Source: an uncultured Gemmatimonadales bacterium (GTDB lineage: Bacteria; Gemmatimonadota; Gemmatimonadetes; Gemmatimonadales; GWC2-71-9). Taken from it: DNA of 64,000 bases. Below are positions 30,391-40,728 of the stretch, in pieces; within the stretch, counting starts at the first letter, position 1; every line of letters begins with the position of its first letter. The position numbers were made by a program, and so were the translations under genes. The DNA is taken from contig CAWJMT010000037.1 of the NCBI GenBank assembly GCA_963844035.1, positions 32,001 through 96,000 on the forward strand, in the 5' to 3' direction. The notes below the pieces were generated by a model that worked only from the letters and a program-made list of their open reading frames with translations, ran no database searches and was not told the origin of the DNA.

Positions 30391-30998
30391 ATGCTGGGAA
30401 TTCTGGCAGCCCCGCTCATTCTGGCCGCGACCGTGACATTTGCGGCACCGCCGCAGGCGACCGCGGTGTTCGCGGGCGGCTGCTTTTGGGGGATTGAAGG
30501 CGTGTTCGAACACGTGAAGGGCGTGACGTCGGCGGTTTCCGGCTACGCGGGCGGCTCGGTGGTCTCACCCACCTACGAGCAGGTGGGCACCGGAAAGACG
30601 GGGCACGCGGAGTCGGTGCGCGTGACCTACGATCCTGCGCAGGTCAGTTACGAGCAGCTGCTGGAGGTGTTCTTCACGGTGGCCCACAATCCGACGCAGG
30701 TCGGCGGGCAGGGCCCCGATCGCGGGACGCAATACCGTTCCGTCGTCTTCTACGCCGACACGGTGCAGCGCCGCGCGGTCGAGGCGTACGTGGCCGAGTT
30801 GACGAAAAAGAAAGTGTTCGCCAAGCCGATCGTCACGGAGATCGTGCCGCTCACCGCGTTCTATCCGGCGGAGGGCTATCACCAGAACTACATGGCGCTA
30901 CACCCGCAGGCGCCATACATCGTGTACCACGACGCCCCGAAAGTGGCGAACCTGCAGCGTCAGTTCCCGGCACTGTACCGGAGCCGGTCGCGAACTAA
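30391..30998 (+). CDS. msrA: Peptide methionine-(S)-sulfoxide reductase with signal peptide (frameshift near the 3' end)
   Basis: FAGGCFWG, TGHAESV, GTQYRS, AEGYHQNY. Confidence 0.93.
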
Positions 30999-31000
30999 GG

Positions 31001-31588
31001 CTACTTCTTCTTCGTCGTCGTCTTCGACTTGGAAGTGCTCTTCTTGGCCGGTGCCGCGGTCTTCTTCGTCGCGGCGGCCGGGGGCGACATCGAACGGCTT
31101 GAGTTCCAGATCATGTCCGCGACCTGCCACTGACCGTTCACGTGGTGCCAGTGAATCAGATATTTGCCCTCGTCATGCACGCTGGCCGGCGTGCCCTTCG
31201 GTGCACCGGGTATGGCCTTTCCCTCGAACGTGTAGGTTCCCCGCTCGACGCCCAGCGGGCCGCTGGCCATATAACTCTCGCCCCGCAGCGTCAGCTTCGC
31301 CGTCATCATGGCCCCGTGCTGGCTTTCGTACACTTTGATCGCCGGACGGCCGATGACCGCGGGTTGGTTGGGTGGCATCTCGCGCCCTTGCTCAGTGAAG
31401 ATGCTCGCGATCGAGTCCGCATGACCGGCCACGAGCCATCCCTGGAAGCGCTTCATGGTCGCCGACGCCGCCGCAGTGAATGCCTCCGTCTCCTTTTCCA
31501 TCCGCGCCTGTGCCTGCTTCGGACTCTCGTGCGAGCTACACGCGACCAGCAGCGCGGCAGCCCCGCATAGCCACTGTGTTTTGAGCAT
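31001..31588 (-). CDS. SnoaL/DUF4440-like lipoprotein with a Lys-rich tail
   Basis: Lipobox LLVAC; MPPNQPAVIGR, ERGTYT, GKYLIHW, DMIWNS. Confidence 0.75.
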   Translation of the reverse strand: MLKTQWLCGAAALLVACSSHESPKQAQARMEKETEAFTAAASATMKRFQGWLVAGHADSIASIFTEQGREMPPNQPAVIGRPAIKVYESQHGAMMTAKLTLRGESYMASGPLGVERGTYTFEGKAIPGAPKGTPASVHDEGKYLIHWHHVNGQWQVADMIWNSSRSMSPPAAATKKTAAPAKKSTSKSKTTTKKK

Positions 31589-31662
31589 TGGGCCTCCCAT
31601 GGGATGGTGTCTCGGTGGGCAGAACCTACCGGTCCGCACCGAGAGCGCCAAGGGCCGACAGT

Positions 31663-33991
31663 TCACATCCGAATCACGTAACTCACCTTCACGAACAGGC
31701 CGTCCTGCAGCCGGCGGACGCCGCGGAACGCGAACGCGTCCGTTTCGGCGAGGCTGGTCCCATACCCGGCGTACACCACCGTGCCGGGTGAGGGCGTAAA
31801 GCTCACCAGCCAATCGATCTGCAGGGTGTTGGTGGCCTGCGCGGCGGCGCGCACATAGCGGTTGGTGGCAGGGTCGTGAATCAGGATGGGATCGTTGGTG
31901 CGCGAATCGTCGCGCAGCGAGTCCTGCCAGTGGGAGGCGTATTCGCCGACGACCCGCACGAACAGCGACCGCGCCGCCTGGTACTCCACCTTCACCCGGG
32001 GAACCAGGTCGCGGGCCACGGTGCTGCCGTCGGTCTTGCGCCAGTACTGCTGCTGCAAATAGGTGGCGTTGACACGCACGCGATCCGACGGGCGCCAGTC
32101 GAGGCCGGCCTGAACGAACAGGATCCACGCCGGGGCCCACTCGTAGAAGTTTTCGTCCTGGAGCGCGGGGAGCACGAGCAGGGAGGCGTTGAAACGCCGG
32201 AACTGGGGTGTTTGCAGCGTGACCTGCAGGTCGTAGTTGGGGATCCGCGGCACTCCGACGAACGGCACCGTGTCGGTCACCCCGGCGGCGGTGTGCTCGA
32301 GCCGGTAGGTCGAGTAAAACGCCGAGTCGAACCCGAACGACTCGAGGTACACGGCCGCCGACACGTTCCAACCCCGGACCTGCCACGTCGACGTGACGTG
32401 GAAGAACTGATCGTCCGGGACCTCGCCGCTCATGAGGTGGGGATACGTCCAGCGGCCCCGGAGCAGGAGGTCGCCGGTCCAGCTCTCGACGCCAGCGCCC
32501 GGGCCGCCGTACCGCGTGACCCGGTGGTCGACTGGTGCCGACCGCGAGGCCGGGGCGGGGGATGAACCCGCTCGCCGTCACGAACTCCGGGGCGATGGCG
32601 CTGAACGCGTACGTGTAGCCGAATCCGCGCCCCGTGCGATCGAGGCTCGCGTTCCAGAGCGGGGCCGTCACCGTCACGCCGCCGGTCCGCGTGATGCTCC
32701 CCGCGCCCTGGAATGTGGCGGTGTGCGTTCCCCCGAACACGATCCGCCCATTGGCGCCGGCGACGCGATTGTAGTCGGGACCGTCAACCTTCTCCGTGTA
32801 CACGATGCCGGCGCTCGACTGCCCGCCCAGGTCGCGACGCACGCGCAGGATGTTGTAGACGGGGTTGCGGGTCCCGCTCGCTGAATAGGCGCGGTCGTCC
32901 ACGCCGGACAGCAGACCGACTCCGAACCCCGACACCTTGCCCGTGAGTTTGACCGCCGCCACCGGCTGCACCAGGCGGCGCGTGTACACGAGGTTGTTCG
33001 GCGTGCTGAACTGCTCCAGGCCCTCGAGGAAAAACGGGCGCTTCTCGGGAAAGAACAGCGCGTCGCGCGGGTCGGACACGAGCTGGCCCGCGTCGGCCTC
33101 CACCTGGGAGAAGTCGGGCCGCGCGGTCGCCGTGAGGGTGAGGTTGTTCGTGACGCCCCAGCGCAGGTTGCCGCCGACGTCGGGGTCGACGGAACCGTAC
33201 GTCCACCCGGCGGGGCCGGGCGCACCGTCGACCTTGGCGGTGAGCTCGGGGTTGACATCGAGCACGAGGCCGCGGCGCAGCTGTTCGAGCCCCGTCAGCG
33301 TCCCCGATTGCGCCAGGAACGATGCGGCGGCCAGGCGTGCCGCGGTCCAGGTGGTGCGGTGCCCCGAATGCTGGATCTGGCGTACGACGTTGACTCCCCA
33401 CTGCTGCACTGCTTGCGGCTGATAGCGGATGCTCTTGAACGGGATGCGGATCTCCACCTCGTAGCCCGTGTCCGTGAGCCGCCCGCGCGATTGGTAGACG
33501 AAATCGGCGGAGAAGTCGACCGTATCCTTCGCCCCGGTCTGGGTCTCTTGGAAGGTCCCGTCTGCCTGGACGCCCAGCGGGTTCACGCCGAACACCAGCG
33601 CCTGGCGACGGTCGTCGAACGTGTCGAGGAAAATCTCGACCCAGTCGTCGTTCGCGATCCGGTCGCGATTGGCATGCGCGGCGTGGACGGCGCCATGGCG
33701 CTCGGAGGCGCGGATGCCGATGTAGAGCGCATGCGGGGAGTACCACACATGCACCATGGTGGAGTCATCGGCGGGACGCCCGTCCACCGGGGAGTACTCG
33801 GAGAAGCCGCACAACAGCGCGGCCGCGCTCCACGCGGGGTCCGAGAGCGCGCCGTCGACCGCTATGTCGGCATCGTCGAGCCGCGGGATCGCGACCGCGG
33901 TGTGTCCGTCGGTCCCTGAGTAGGGGCAGGCGCCCGAGAGGGCGGCCGCGAGCAGCGGAGATGCCGAGCATGAGACACGTACGGGCCGCAT
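31663..33991 (-). CDS. CBM9-like plus DUF5916 outer-membrane protein (frameshifts near 32520)
   Basis: VDGALSDPAW, LDTFDD, VNPLGVQAD, PDFSQVEAD, FFPEKRPFFLEG, terminal FVKVSYVIRM. Confidence 0.85.
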
Positions 33992-34016
33992 GGCGGTGGG
34001 TTTCGCGGGACAGCCG

Positions 34017-35132
34017 TCAGTGGCGCAACACCGGGGTGAGGGAGAGCACGATCTCGAGCGCGATCAGCGCGATGATGATCCATTCGAGCACTTCCGAGCG
34101 GCGGATGGCCGCGCGATCGGTCAGTTTCGCATAGATGCCGTCGATCGTCTGGAGCTTGCGCGTGATGCTCGCGTCCCACTCGGCCAGGTGGAAACGGTGG
34201 GAGATGAGGGTGTACACCCGCGCCAGGTACTGCTCCCCGACGAGCTTCAGGGCGTTGGTCACCTGCTCGAACAGAATGGCCCCATCGAGCTGCAGCTCCG
34301 CGAGCCGGCGCAGATCCGGGCCCGGCTGGCCCAGCAGGGCGAACCGCGCGGCGCCCGCGTGCCGAGCGTTTCGTACGCCCGGTCCAGCGAATTGTCGAGC
34401 TGCTGATCGAGGAAGCGCATCTCGAGCAGCTGGGTATTGGCGAACTCGATCACCGCCCGCACGTCGTCGCCCTCGGGGTCGAACAACAGCGTCGCGTCGC
34501 CGTCGATGATCGTCGCGTCGTTCGGCCCGAACGACAGCCGCAGCGCGGTCGCGTCACTCACTTCCTGCTGGGAGAGGTTGTGCGGCGACGGCGCGCAATA
34601 CCTGCGCGACCGTGTGCGCGTGCTCCGTCCACAGGGCCGCCGCTTCGCACGTCGCGTTGAACGCCTCGATCTGGAAGATGGAGTAGTCCTCCACGAACTC
34701 GGCGATCCGGGGGCGCTGCACCGCGTCGCCCAGGGTGCGGAGCAGCTCCTCGACGTGGCGGCGCGAGTCCGCCACCAGACGCTCGTTCCCCCACAGGGCC
34801 TCGGCGAGCCCGGGCAGGTTGCTCACGGGTCCGTCGATGGCGATCACATAGCTCAAGGATACGGCGCCGAAGTCATAGATGACCGCCTCGACACCTGCCG
34901 CCGTGTGGTAGCCGCCGATCGTGTGCGGCTCGCCCGCGCGCGTCACGCGGAGCGGGGCAGGGCTGTACTCGAAGAAGGCAGGGGCGCGCCGCTTGTGCTT
35001 CACGGTCTGGCGGGCTGCGTCCGCCCGCAGCAACTGCCGCTCGGCCGCGTCCAGGTCGATCGCGCGTCCCACCTCGTAGGCGAAAAGGGGGAAGCAGGTC
35101 CCCTTGGCGATGACCAGGCTCGTGGATGTCAG
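34017..35132 (-). CDS. RMD1/DUF155-like protein (frameshifts)
   Basis: FAYEVG, YDFGAVS, EFANTQLLEMR, RRSEVLEWIIIALIALEI; start probably CTG overlapping the upstream stop. Confidence 0.7.
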
Positions 35133-36871
35133 TTGAGCACCGCCGCGGTATCGCCCGGGAGCAGAATGCGCCGGATCAACGGGATCGGCACACCCCCCTG
35201 GCGGACGAACTGGTCGTGGAATTCCCGCAGCGAGAACGCCGAGCCCTTCGCCCGGCGGTAGTCGGCGCGGAGCTTGTAGATGGCGAGCTTCCCCAAGGTG
35301 TAGTAGAGGTACGTGGGATCGTACGCACCGCGGCGGGCTTCTTCGTACGCGTTCGCGGGCTGCTGAAAACACTTGTCGGTGAAATACTGCTTGGCGGCAT
35401 CGTCCACCGACAGACCTTGCGTGTGCTCCTTGATTCCCGCCACCCAGCGGCAGTCCCGCAGCAACGCTTCGGATAGCTGCGCGAGCCGGATGCGCGGGTT
35501 GCCGTTCCCGAACCCCTCCTCGACCATCATCTGCTCACCGTAGTGCGCCCAACCCTCCACGTTCGTGTTGGCGTACAGCAGCTTGCGGGTCTTGGTGGGG
35601 AACTGTTTTGCATAGATGAACTGCAGGTAGTGGCCAGGGAACGCTTCGTGAATCGTGATGATGCTCATGACATTGCTGTTGTAGAGCCGCAGGTGTTCCT
35701 CGACGTGCGTGGAATCCCAATCGGCCTCGGGCGGGGTGACATAGTAGAACGCCTCGGTGGCCTTCTGCTCGTAGGCGCCCGGCGTATCCATCGACGCGAA
35801 TGTGCCGACGCGCGCGTAGGGCGGGGTCTCGGCGACGATCGGGCGCACCTCGGAGGGAAGGTCCACGATCTTGTGATCGATGAGGAATTGACGCGTGCCT
35901 TCGAGGGTCGCCCTGGTTGACGGCAGCAGCGTCGCTGCGCTGGGGTGATCGGCTTCGAGCGCCGCCATCGCCTGCTGCGGCGTCGCGCCCGGCGCCACCT
36001 CCTGCGCGGTGGCGAGGAATGCCCGATGGTCCTTGTCCAGCGTGGCCTCCCCCAGCGCGAGCAGGCGGTCGAGGGGGATTTCGATCATCTCCTCATAGCG
36101 GAGCTTGTCGGCGAACGCGCGAGCCCCAATAGCGAAGGTTCCCTGCGAGCGGGGCAGCAGGTCGGTCTTGAGCCACGCCGCCGCCGCGGCCATCGCGGAC
36201 ACGACCGAATCGTTTACCAGCGTGAAAGCACGCAGCGCGGCGCTGTCGGTGCCGGCGGATTCGCGCGCCCATTTCGCCACGTCGTCACGGAAGAATCCTA
36301 CGGACCCGCCGGCGATGCGAATCGCGAGATCGGTGAATTCCCGGGGTGGATTGGCGACGTTGGCGCGCATGGCGACGAGCAGGGCCGGGACCCCGCGCAG
36401 CCGCGCCGTCACCAGACGAAGCCGCGCGACGGGCGGCGCGAAGCGGCGCTTCATGAGCAGGTCGACCGCGTTGCCCGCCAGCCCGACGTACCCCATCGGG
36501 TTCTTGCGCCACGACTGGATCACCTCCAGCTCGAGCAGCTCGGCGCGGATGGCGCCCGCCAGGACGCCCGCGTCGATCGAATCGTCGGTGGCCAGCCGGC
36601 CTGCGCGGAGCGAGTCGAGCCGGGCCCGTTGCGCCGTGAGCGTGGTTACGCGGCGTGCGATCGTGGCGGCGGAGCGGTTCTCGAGGAGGGAGTCGTATTG
36701 ATGCAGCCCCGCCGCCGTGCCCAGAGAGGGGGCGTACGCGTACAGCGAGTCGAAGTAGGCATCGACGAATGCGGCAAACGGCGGCGGAGCAGGCCTCGAC
36801 CCCGCGAGGGCGACCACCAGGACGATGGGAAGGAACACCGTGAGCCTCCTCGAGCAGAGATGTGGCAGCAA
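35129..36871 (-). CDS. DUF885 family protein (putative metallopeptidase)
   Basis: HEAFPGHYLQ, EGWAHYGE, YLYYTLGK, FSLREFHD. Confidence 0.9.
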   Translation of the reverse strand: MLPHLCSRRLTVFLPIVLVVALAGSRPAPPPFAAFVDAYFDSLYAYAPSLGTAAGLHQYDSLLENRSAATIARRVTTLTAQRARLDSLRAGRLATDDSIDAGVLAGAIRAELLELEVIQSWRKNPMGYVGLAGNAVDLLMKRRFAPPVARLRLVTARLRGVPALLVAMRANVANPPREFTDLAIRIAGGSVGFFRDDVAKWARESAGTDSAALRAFTLVNDSVVSAMAAAAAWLKTDLLPRSQGTFAIGARAFADKLRYEEMIEIPLDRLLALGEATLDKDHRAFLATAQEVAPGATPQQAMAALEADHPSAATLLPSTRATLEGTRQFLIDHKIVDLPSEVRPIVAETPPYARVGTFASMDTPGAYEQKATEAFYYVTPPEADWDSTHVEEHLRLYNSNVMSIITIHEAFPGHYLQFIYAKQFPTKTRKLLYANTNVEGWAHYGEQMMVEEGFGNGNPRIRLAQLSEALLRDCRWVAGIKEHTQGLSVDDAAKQYFTDKCFQQPANAYEEARRGAYDPTYLYYTLGKLAIYKLRADYRRAKGSAFSLREFHDQFVRQGGVPIPLIRRILLPGDTAAVLN

Positions 36872-36987
36872 ATCTCACTGCAGCACCGTTCGCAGTGCAA
36901 CGCGGGCCGGGCGAACCCATCGTAGATTCCTGAGGTCCCCGGTCGGCGAATCCTGTTGAAGTAGACATCCACTCGAGGGTCAGTGCA

Positions 36988-37476
36988 ATGAGTGACCGAG
37001 GCCTGCTGGCCGCCGGCGCCGCCGCGCCCGACTTCGCCCTCCCCAGCGGCCCCGATCGCGTGGTCACCCTCCGCGAGTACCGGGGGCGCCCCGTGATCCT
37101 GGCGTTCTATCCGGCGGACTGGAGCCCGGTGTGCGGCGATCAGATGGCGCTGTACAACGAGATCCTCCCCGAGTTTCGGGCATTCGGCGCCGAGCTGCTG
37201 GGAATTTCGGTCGACGGCGTCTGGTGCCACGGAGCATTCGCGGAGCACCGCAAGCTACACTTTCCCTTGCTCGCGGACTTCGAGCCGAAGGGCGCGGTGG
37301 CGCGCCAATACGGGGTGTACCGCCCGGCGGATGGCACCACCGAGCGGGCGCTGTTCGTGATCGACGCCGGGGGGATCATTCGCTGGAGCTACGTCTCGCC
37401 GATCGGCGTGAACCCCGGCGCCGACGGGATCCTCGAGGCGCTCGAGACGATCGCGCCGGCACGGGGAAAGCCATGA
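36988..37476 (+). CDS. AhpC/TSA redoxin (AhpE-like peroxiredoxin)
   Basis: FYPADWSPVC, GISVD, LLADF, ERALFVID. Confidence 0.9.
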   Translation: MSDRGLLAAGAAAPDFALPSGPDRVVTLREYRGRPVILAFYPADWSPVCGDQMALYNEILPEFRAFGAELLGISVDGVWCHGAFAEHRKLHFPLLADFEPKGAVARQYGVYRPADGTTERALFVIDAGGIIRWSYVSPIGVNPGADGILEALETIAPARGKP

Positions 37477-38009
37477 GACACGGGCAGGCGGAGCTGAGCG
37501 TGCCGGTGGGTCCGGACGATCACGCGCAGGGACCCGCGACGGCGCCGGTGACGCTGGTCGAGTACGGCGATTTCGAGTGCCCGCATTGCGGCCGGGCGTA
37601 CCCGGTCGTGAAGGAGGTGCAACGGCGGATGGGGCAGCGGCTGCGGTTTGTGTTCCGTCACTTTCCCCTCACCGAGATCCACCCCAACGCCCAGCATGCC
37701 GCGGAAGCGGCCGAAGCGGCTGCGGTGCAGGGGAAGTTCTGGGAGATGCACGACCGTTTGTTCGAGCGGCAGTTTGCGCTCGAGGATGGGCACCTGACCG
37801 AGTACGCGCGGGACCTCGGGCTCGACGCGCTCCGCGTGGCGCGCGAGATCGCGGCCCACACCTACAAACCACAGGTGCGGGAGGACTTCATGAGCGGCGT
37901 GAAGAGTGGCGTGAACGGGACCCCGACCTTCTTCATCAACGGCCTGCGGTACGACTACACGTGGAACGAGGACACGCTGACGGAGGCGCTGGAGCGGGCG
38001 ATCGGCTAA
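37473..38009 (+). CDS. DsbA-family thioredoxin-fold protein
   Basis: EYGDFECPHC, FRHFPL, GVNGTPTFFING. Confidence 0.9.
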   Translation: MRHGQAELSVPVGPDDHAQGPATAPVTLVEYGDFECPHCGRAYPVVKEVQRRMGQRLRFVFRHFPLTEIHPNAQHAAEAAEAAAVQGKFWEMHDRLFERQFALEDGHLTEYARDLGLDALRVAREIAAHTYKPQVREDFMSGVKSGVNGTPTFFINGLRYDYTWNEDTLTEALERAIG

Positions 38010-38032
38010 CCGTCTAGCCGTCTAACCGTCTA
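38006..38032. repeat. Octamer tandem repeat between convergent genes
   Basis: CTAACCGT CTAGCCGT CTAACCGT CTA. Confidence 0.8.
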
Positions 38033-39305
38033 TCAGCGCAGCAGCTGCAAGCAGGTGTAGATCGCGAGCCCGACCAGCCCACCCACGAGCGTCCCGTTGA
38101 TGCGCACGAACTGCAGGTCCCGTCCGACCGCCAGCTCGAAGCGTCGCGACGTCGCCTCCGGGTCCCACCCCGCCACGGTCGTGGCAATCAGATCTCCGAT
38201 CTCGTGCCGGTACCGCTCCACCACCATCGCCGCCAGATCGATCACCAGGTCGTCGAGCTCGGCGAGCAGGGGGTCGTTGGCGAGGAGCGCCGCCCCGAAT
38301 TCGCTCAGGCCCCGCTCGCAGGGGACCAGGCTCCGGACCGTCGGCCCGGCTCGCATAGCGGACCAGCGCGCCGCCGGGTCGATTCCCACAGGCGCACCGA
38401 CAGATCGGCGACCGACGGGTCGGCGAGCCACTCTTCCTTGAGGGACTCGGCCCTGGCGATGACGTCGGGGGAGTGCTGCAGGCGATCGATAAAGTCCCAC
38501 AGGCCCGTCTCGAACGCCGCGCGGAGGGGATGATCGGCGCTTGGTGCCGATGTCGCGCAGCAGGCCTTCGACCGTGTCGAGGATGCGCTGGTAGATCTTG
38601 TCGTCCACCACGCCCGGCACCCACCAGGGGCTCTCGGTGCGCACCTTCTCGCGGATCAGCTCCCGGTTGTCCCGGATCGCGCCCGCGGCCAGCCGGACGA
38701 CCACGTCGAGCAGCTCCTGTTGCCGGTTGCCGGCCAGGACGAGCGCCAGGGTCTTGCCGAGCGCGGGGGCGACGCGGATCGCCCGCAGGCGCGCGCTCAC
38801 CACCTGGTGCATCAGCTCACGGACATCGTGATCCGGGAGCGTTTCGAGGGTCTTCGCCAGGCCGCTCGCCACCTGCCGCGCGATGTCGCGGGCGTGGCTG
38901 GGGTCGCTGAGCCACCGGGCGGCGCGTTCCGCGGGGCGCACGGCGCGAAGGTTGGTGGCGATCACGGTGCGCGACGAGGAAGTGGTTCTCGACGAAGGTC
39001 CCGAGGATGCGCCCGATCCGCTCCTTGCGGGTCGCCACGATCGCGGTGTGGGGGATCGGTATGCCCAGGGGATGGCGAAACAGCGCCGTCACGGCGAACC
39101 AGTCGGCCAGCCCGCCCACCAGCGACGCCTCGGCGGTGGCCTTCACGTACCCGAGCCAGGGATAGGCGTCTTCGTATACCGTCGCGGCTACGAACACGGC
39201 GGCGGCGAGGGCCAGGAGCCCCGTCGCGCGCCGCTTCATCACGTCGAGCCGCGCCTGCCGTGCGGCGTCGTCGGGCCGCGACCACGGTGACGGCGGGACC
39301 GTCAT
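38033..39305 (-). CDS. DUF445 membrane protein (frameshifts)
   Basis: EASLVGGLADWFAVTALFRHPLG, GRDLQFVRINGTLVGGLVG. Confidence 0.9.
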
Positions 39306-39534
39306 CCCGATCTTCCCCAGCAGCCCATATCGGGTCGGGATGGCATTGAGCGACTCCTCCGTGTGGGCCGACAAGCGCCGGAACCGGGACTAGTTACCCG
39401 GCGGGTAGCGCGCTGCGCAAGCATCGACCTCGCTCCAAGGAGCTAGATCCCCATGGCAGCAACTTCATTCTCCCGACCGATGGTACGTTGCGTGAACGCG
39501 CCCAAAATTTGATTCAACGGAAAGGGAGGCACCA

Positions 39535-40167
39535 CTGAGAGCGACCTTAGCACGCGAGACTGTCCGCGAGCCCGTCAGCGAGCCCGTCGGCGAGAACGCC
39601 GAAGCGCAGTGGGTCACCGAGCACCTGGCCGGCGACCCTCGCGCGTTCGGCGCGATCGTCGATCGCTATCAGGTCCGGCTCCTCAACTTCATCAATCGGA
39701 GCCTGGGGGACCGCGCGCGGGCCGAGGACCTGGTGCAGGAGGTGTTCATCCGGGTCTACCGCCATCTGCACCGGTTCGACCGAACGAAGAGGTTCTCGAC
39801 ATGGATCTACACGATCGCCTCGAACCTGACGAAGAATGAGCTGCGGAATCGCCGGCGCAGTCCCGTGGTGTTGTTCCAGACGATTACCAGGCACTGGGAC
39901 GAGGACCACCGGCCCGTCGAGTTCGAGGACCGGAGCCAGCATCCCGACGACCGTCTACGTGAAGCGCCAGTCTGCGGGAGATAGTCGACGCGCTCGGTGC
40001 GCATGCTTCCCGAGCTCCATCGGGTGGTCTTCGTGCTGCGCGAGATCGAAGGGAAGTCCTACCAGGAGATCGCCGACATCGCGCGCTGCTCGCTGGGCAC
40101 CGTGAAGAGCCGCCTGAATCGCGCGCGCAGCAGGTTTGCCGAGATCGTGCGTCCGCTGCTCGACTGA
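39535..40167 (+). CDS. ECF sigma-70 family factor (frameshift near 39960; probable CTG start)
   Basis: AEDLVQEVFIRVY, FSTWIYTIASN, SYQEIA, GTVKSRLNRAR. Confidence 0.9.
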
Positions 40168-40170
40168 CCT

Positions 40171-40728
40171 TCAGCCGTTCGATCTGTGGTTCCACGTACT
40201 TGCCGTAGCATTCGGGACAGATGCTGTGGCTCAGCAGGCTGCCCGACCGGATTTCGATGTAGCGCTCCAGCGAAACCCAGGCTCCGGCATCGTCACGCAG
40301 CCGCCGGCAGTAGCTGCAGATCGCCAGGAGGCCTTCCAGCTGGAACAGCTCGTTCCGGACGCCCAGGATGCGCTCGGCGGCGGCGACGCGGGCCACCAGC
40401 TCTTCGGGGTCCACCGGCTTGGTGATGAAATCGTCTACGCCCGGCCCGCATCGCTTCGAGAAAGTGTCCCCGGCCGCTCCGGACCGTGACCAGGATGATG
40501 TAGGTGTACGCTTCCGGGGGCCTCGCGCGAATCCGCCGGCATCAATTCGAGGCCGTCCATGTCGGGCATGAGCCAGTCGGCGACGATGAGGCGGAAGCGC
40601 GTGAGCAGCCAGCGGTCCCACGCCGCGCGCCCATTCTCCGCGGTCACGACGTCGTGGCCCTGGGCGGTGAGTATCGCCTGATACGTCTCCCGGGCGACCG
40701 GATCGTCTTCTACCAGGAGGATCTTCAT
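40171..40728 (-). CDS. Response regulator with a C-terminal Cys/His motif (frameshifts; 3' end uncertain)
   Basis: MKILLVEDD, DWLMPDMDG, DDFITKP, ICSYC...SHSICPEC. Confidence 0.8.

Noticed and set aside
31001..33991. 996-aa DUF5916-SnoaL fusion in the ORF track
   Set aside because: Frameshift artefact: DUF5916 ends at 31663 and the lipoprotein has its own RBS and start at 31588.
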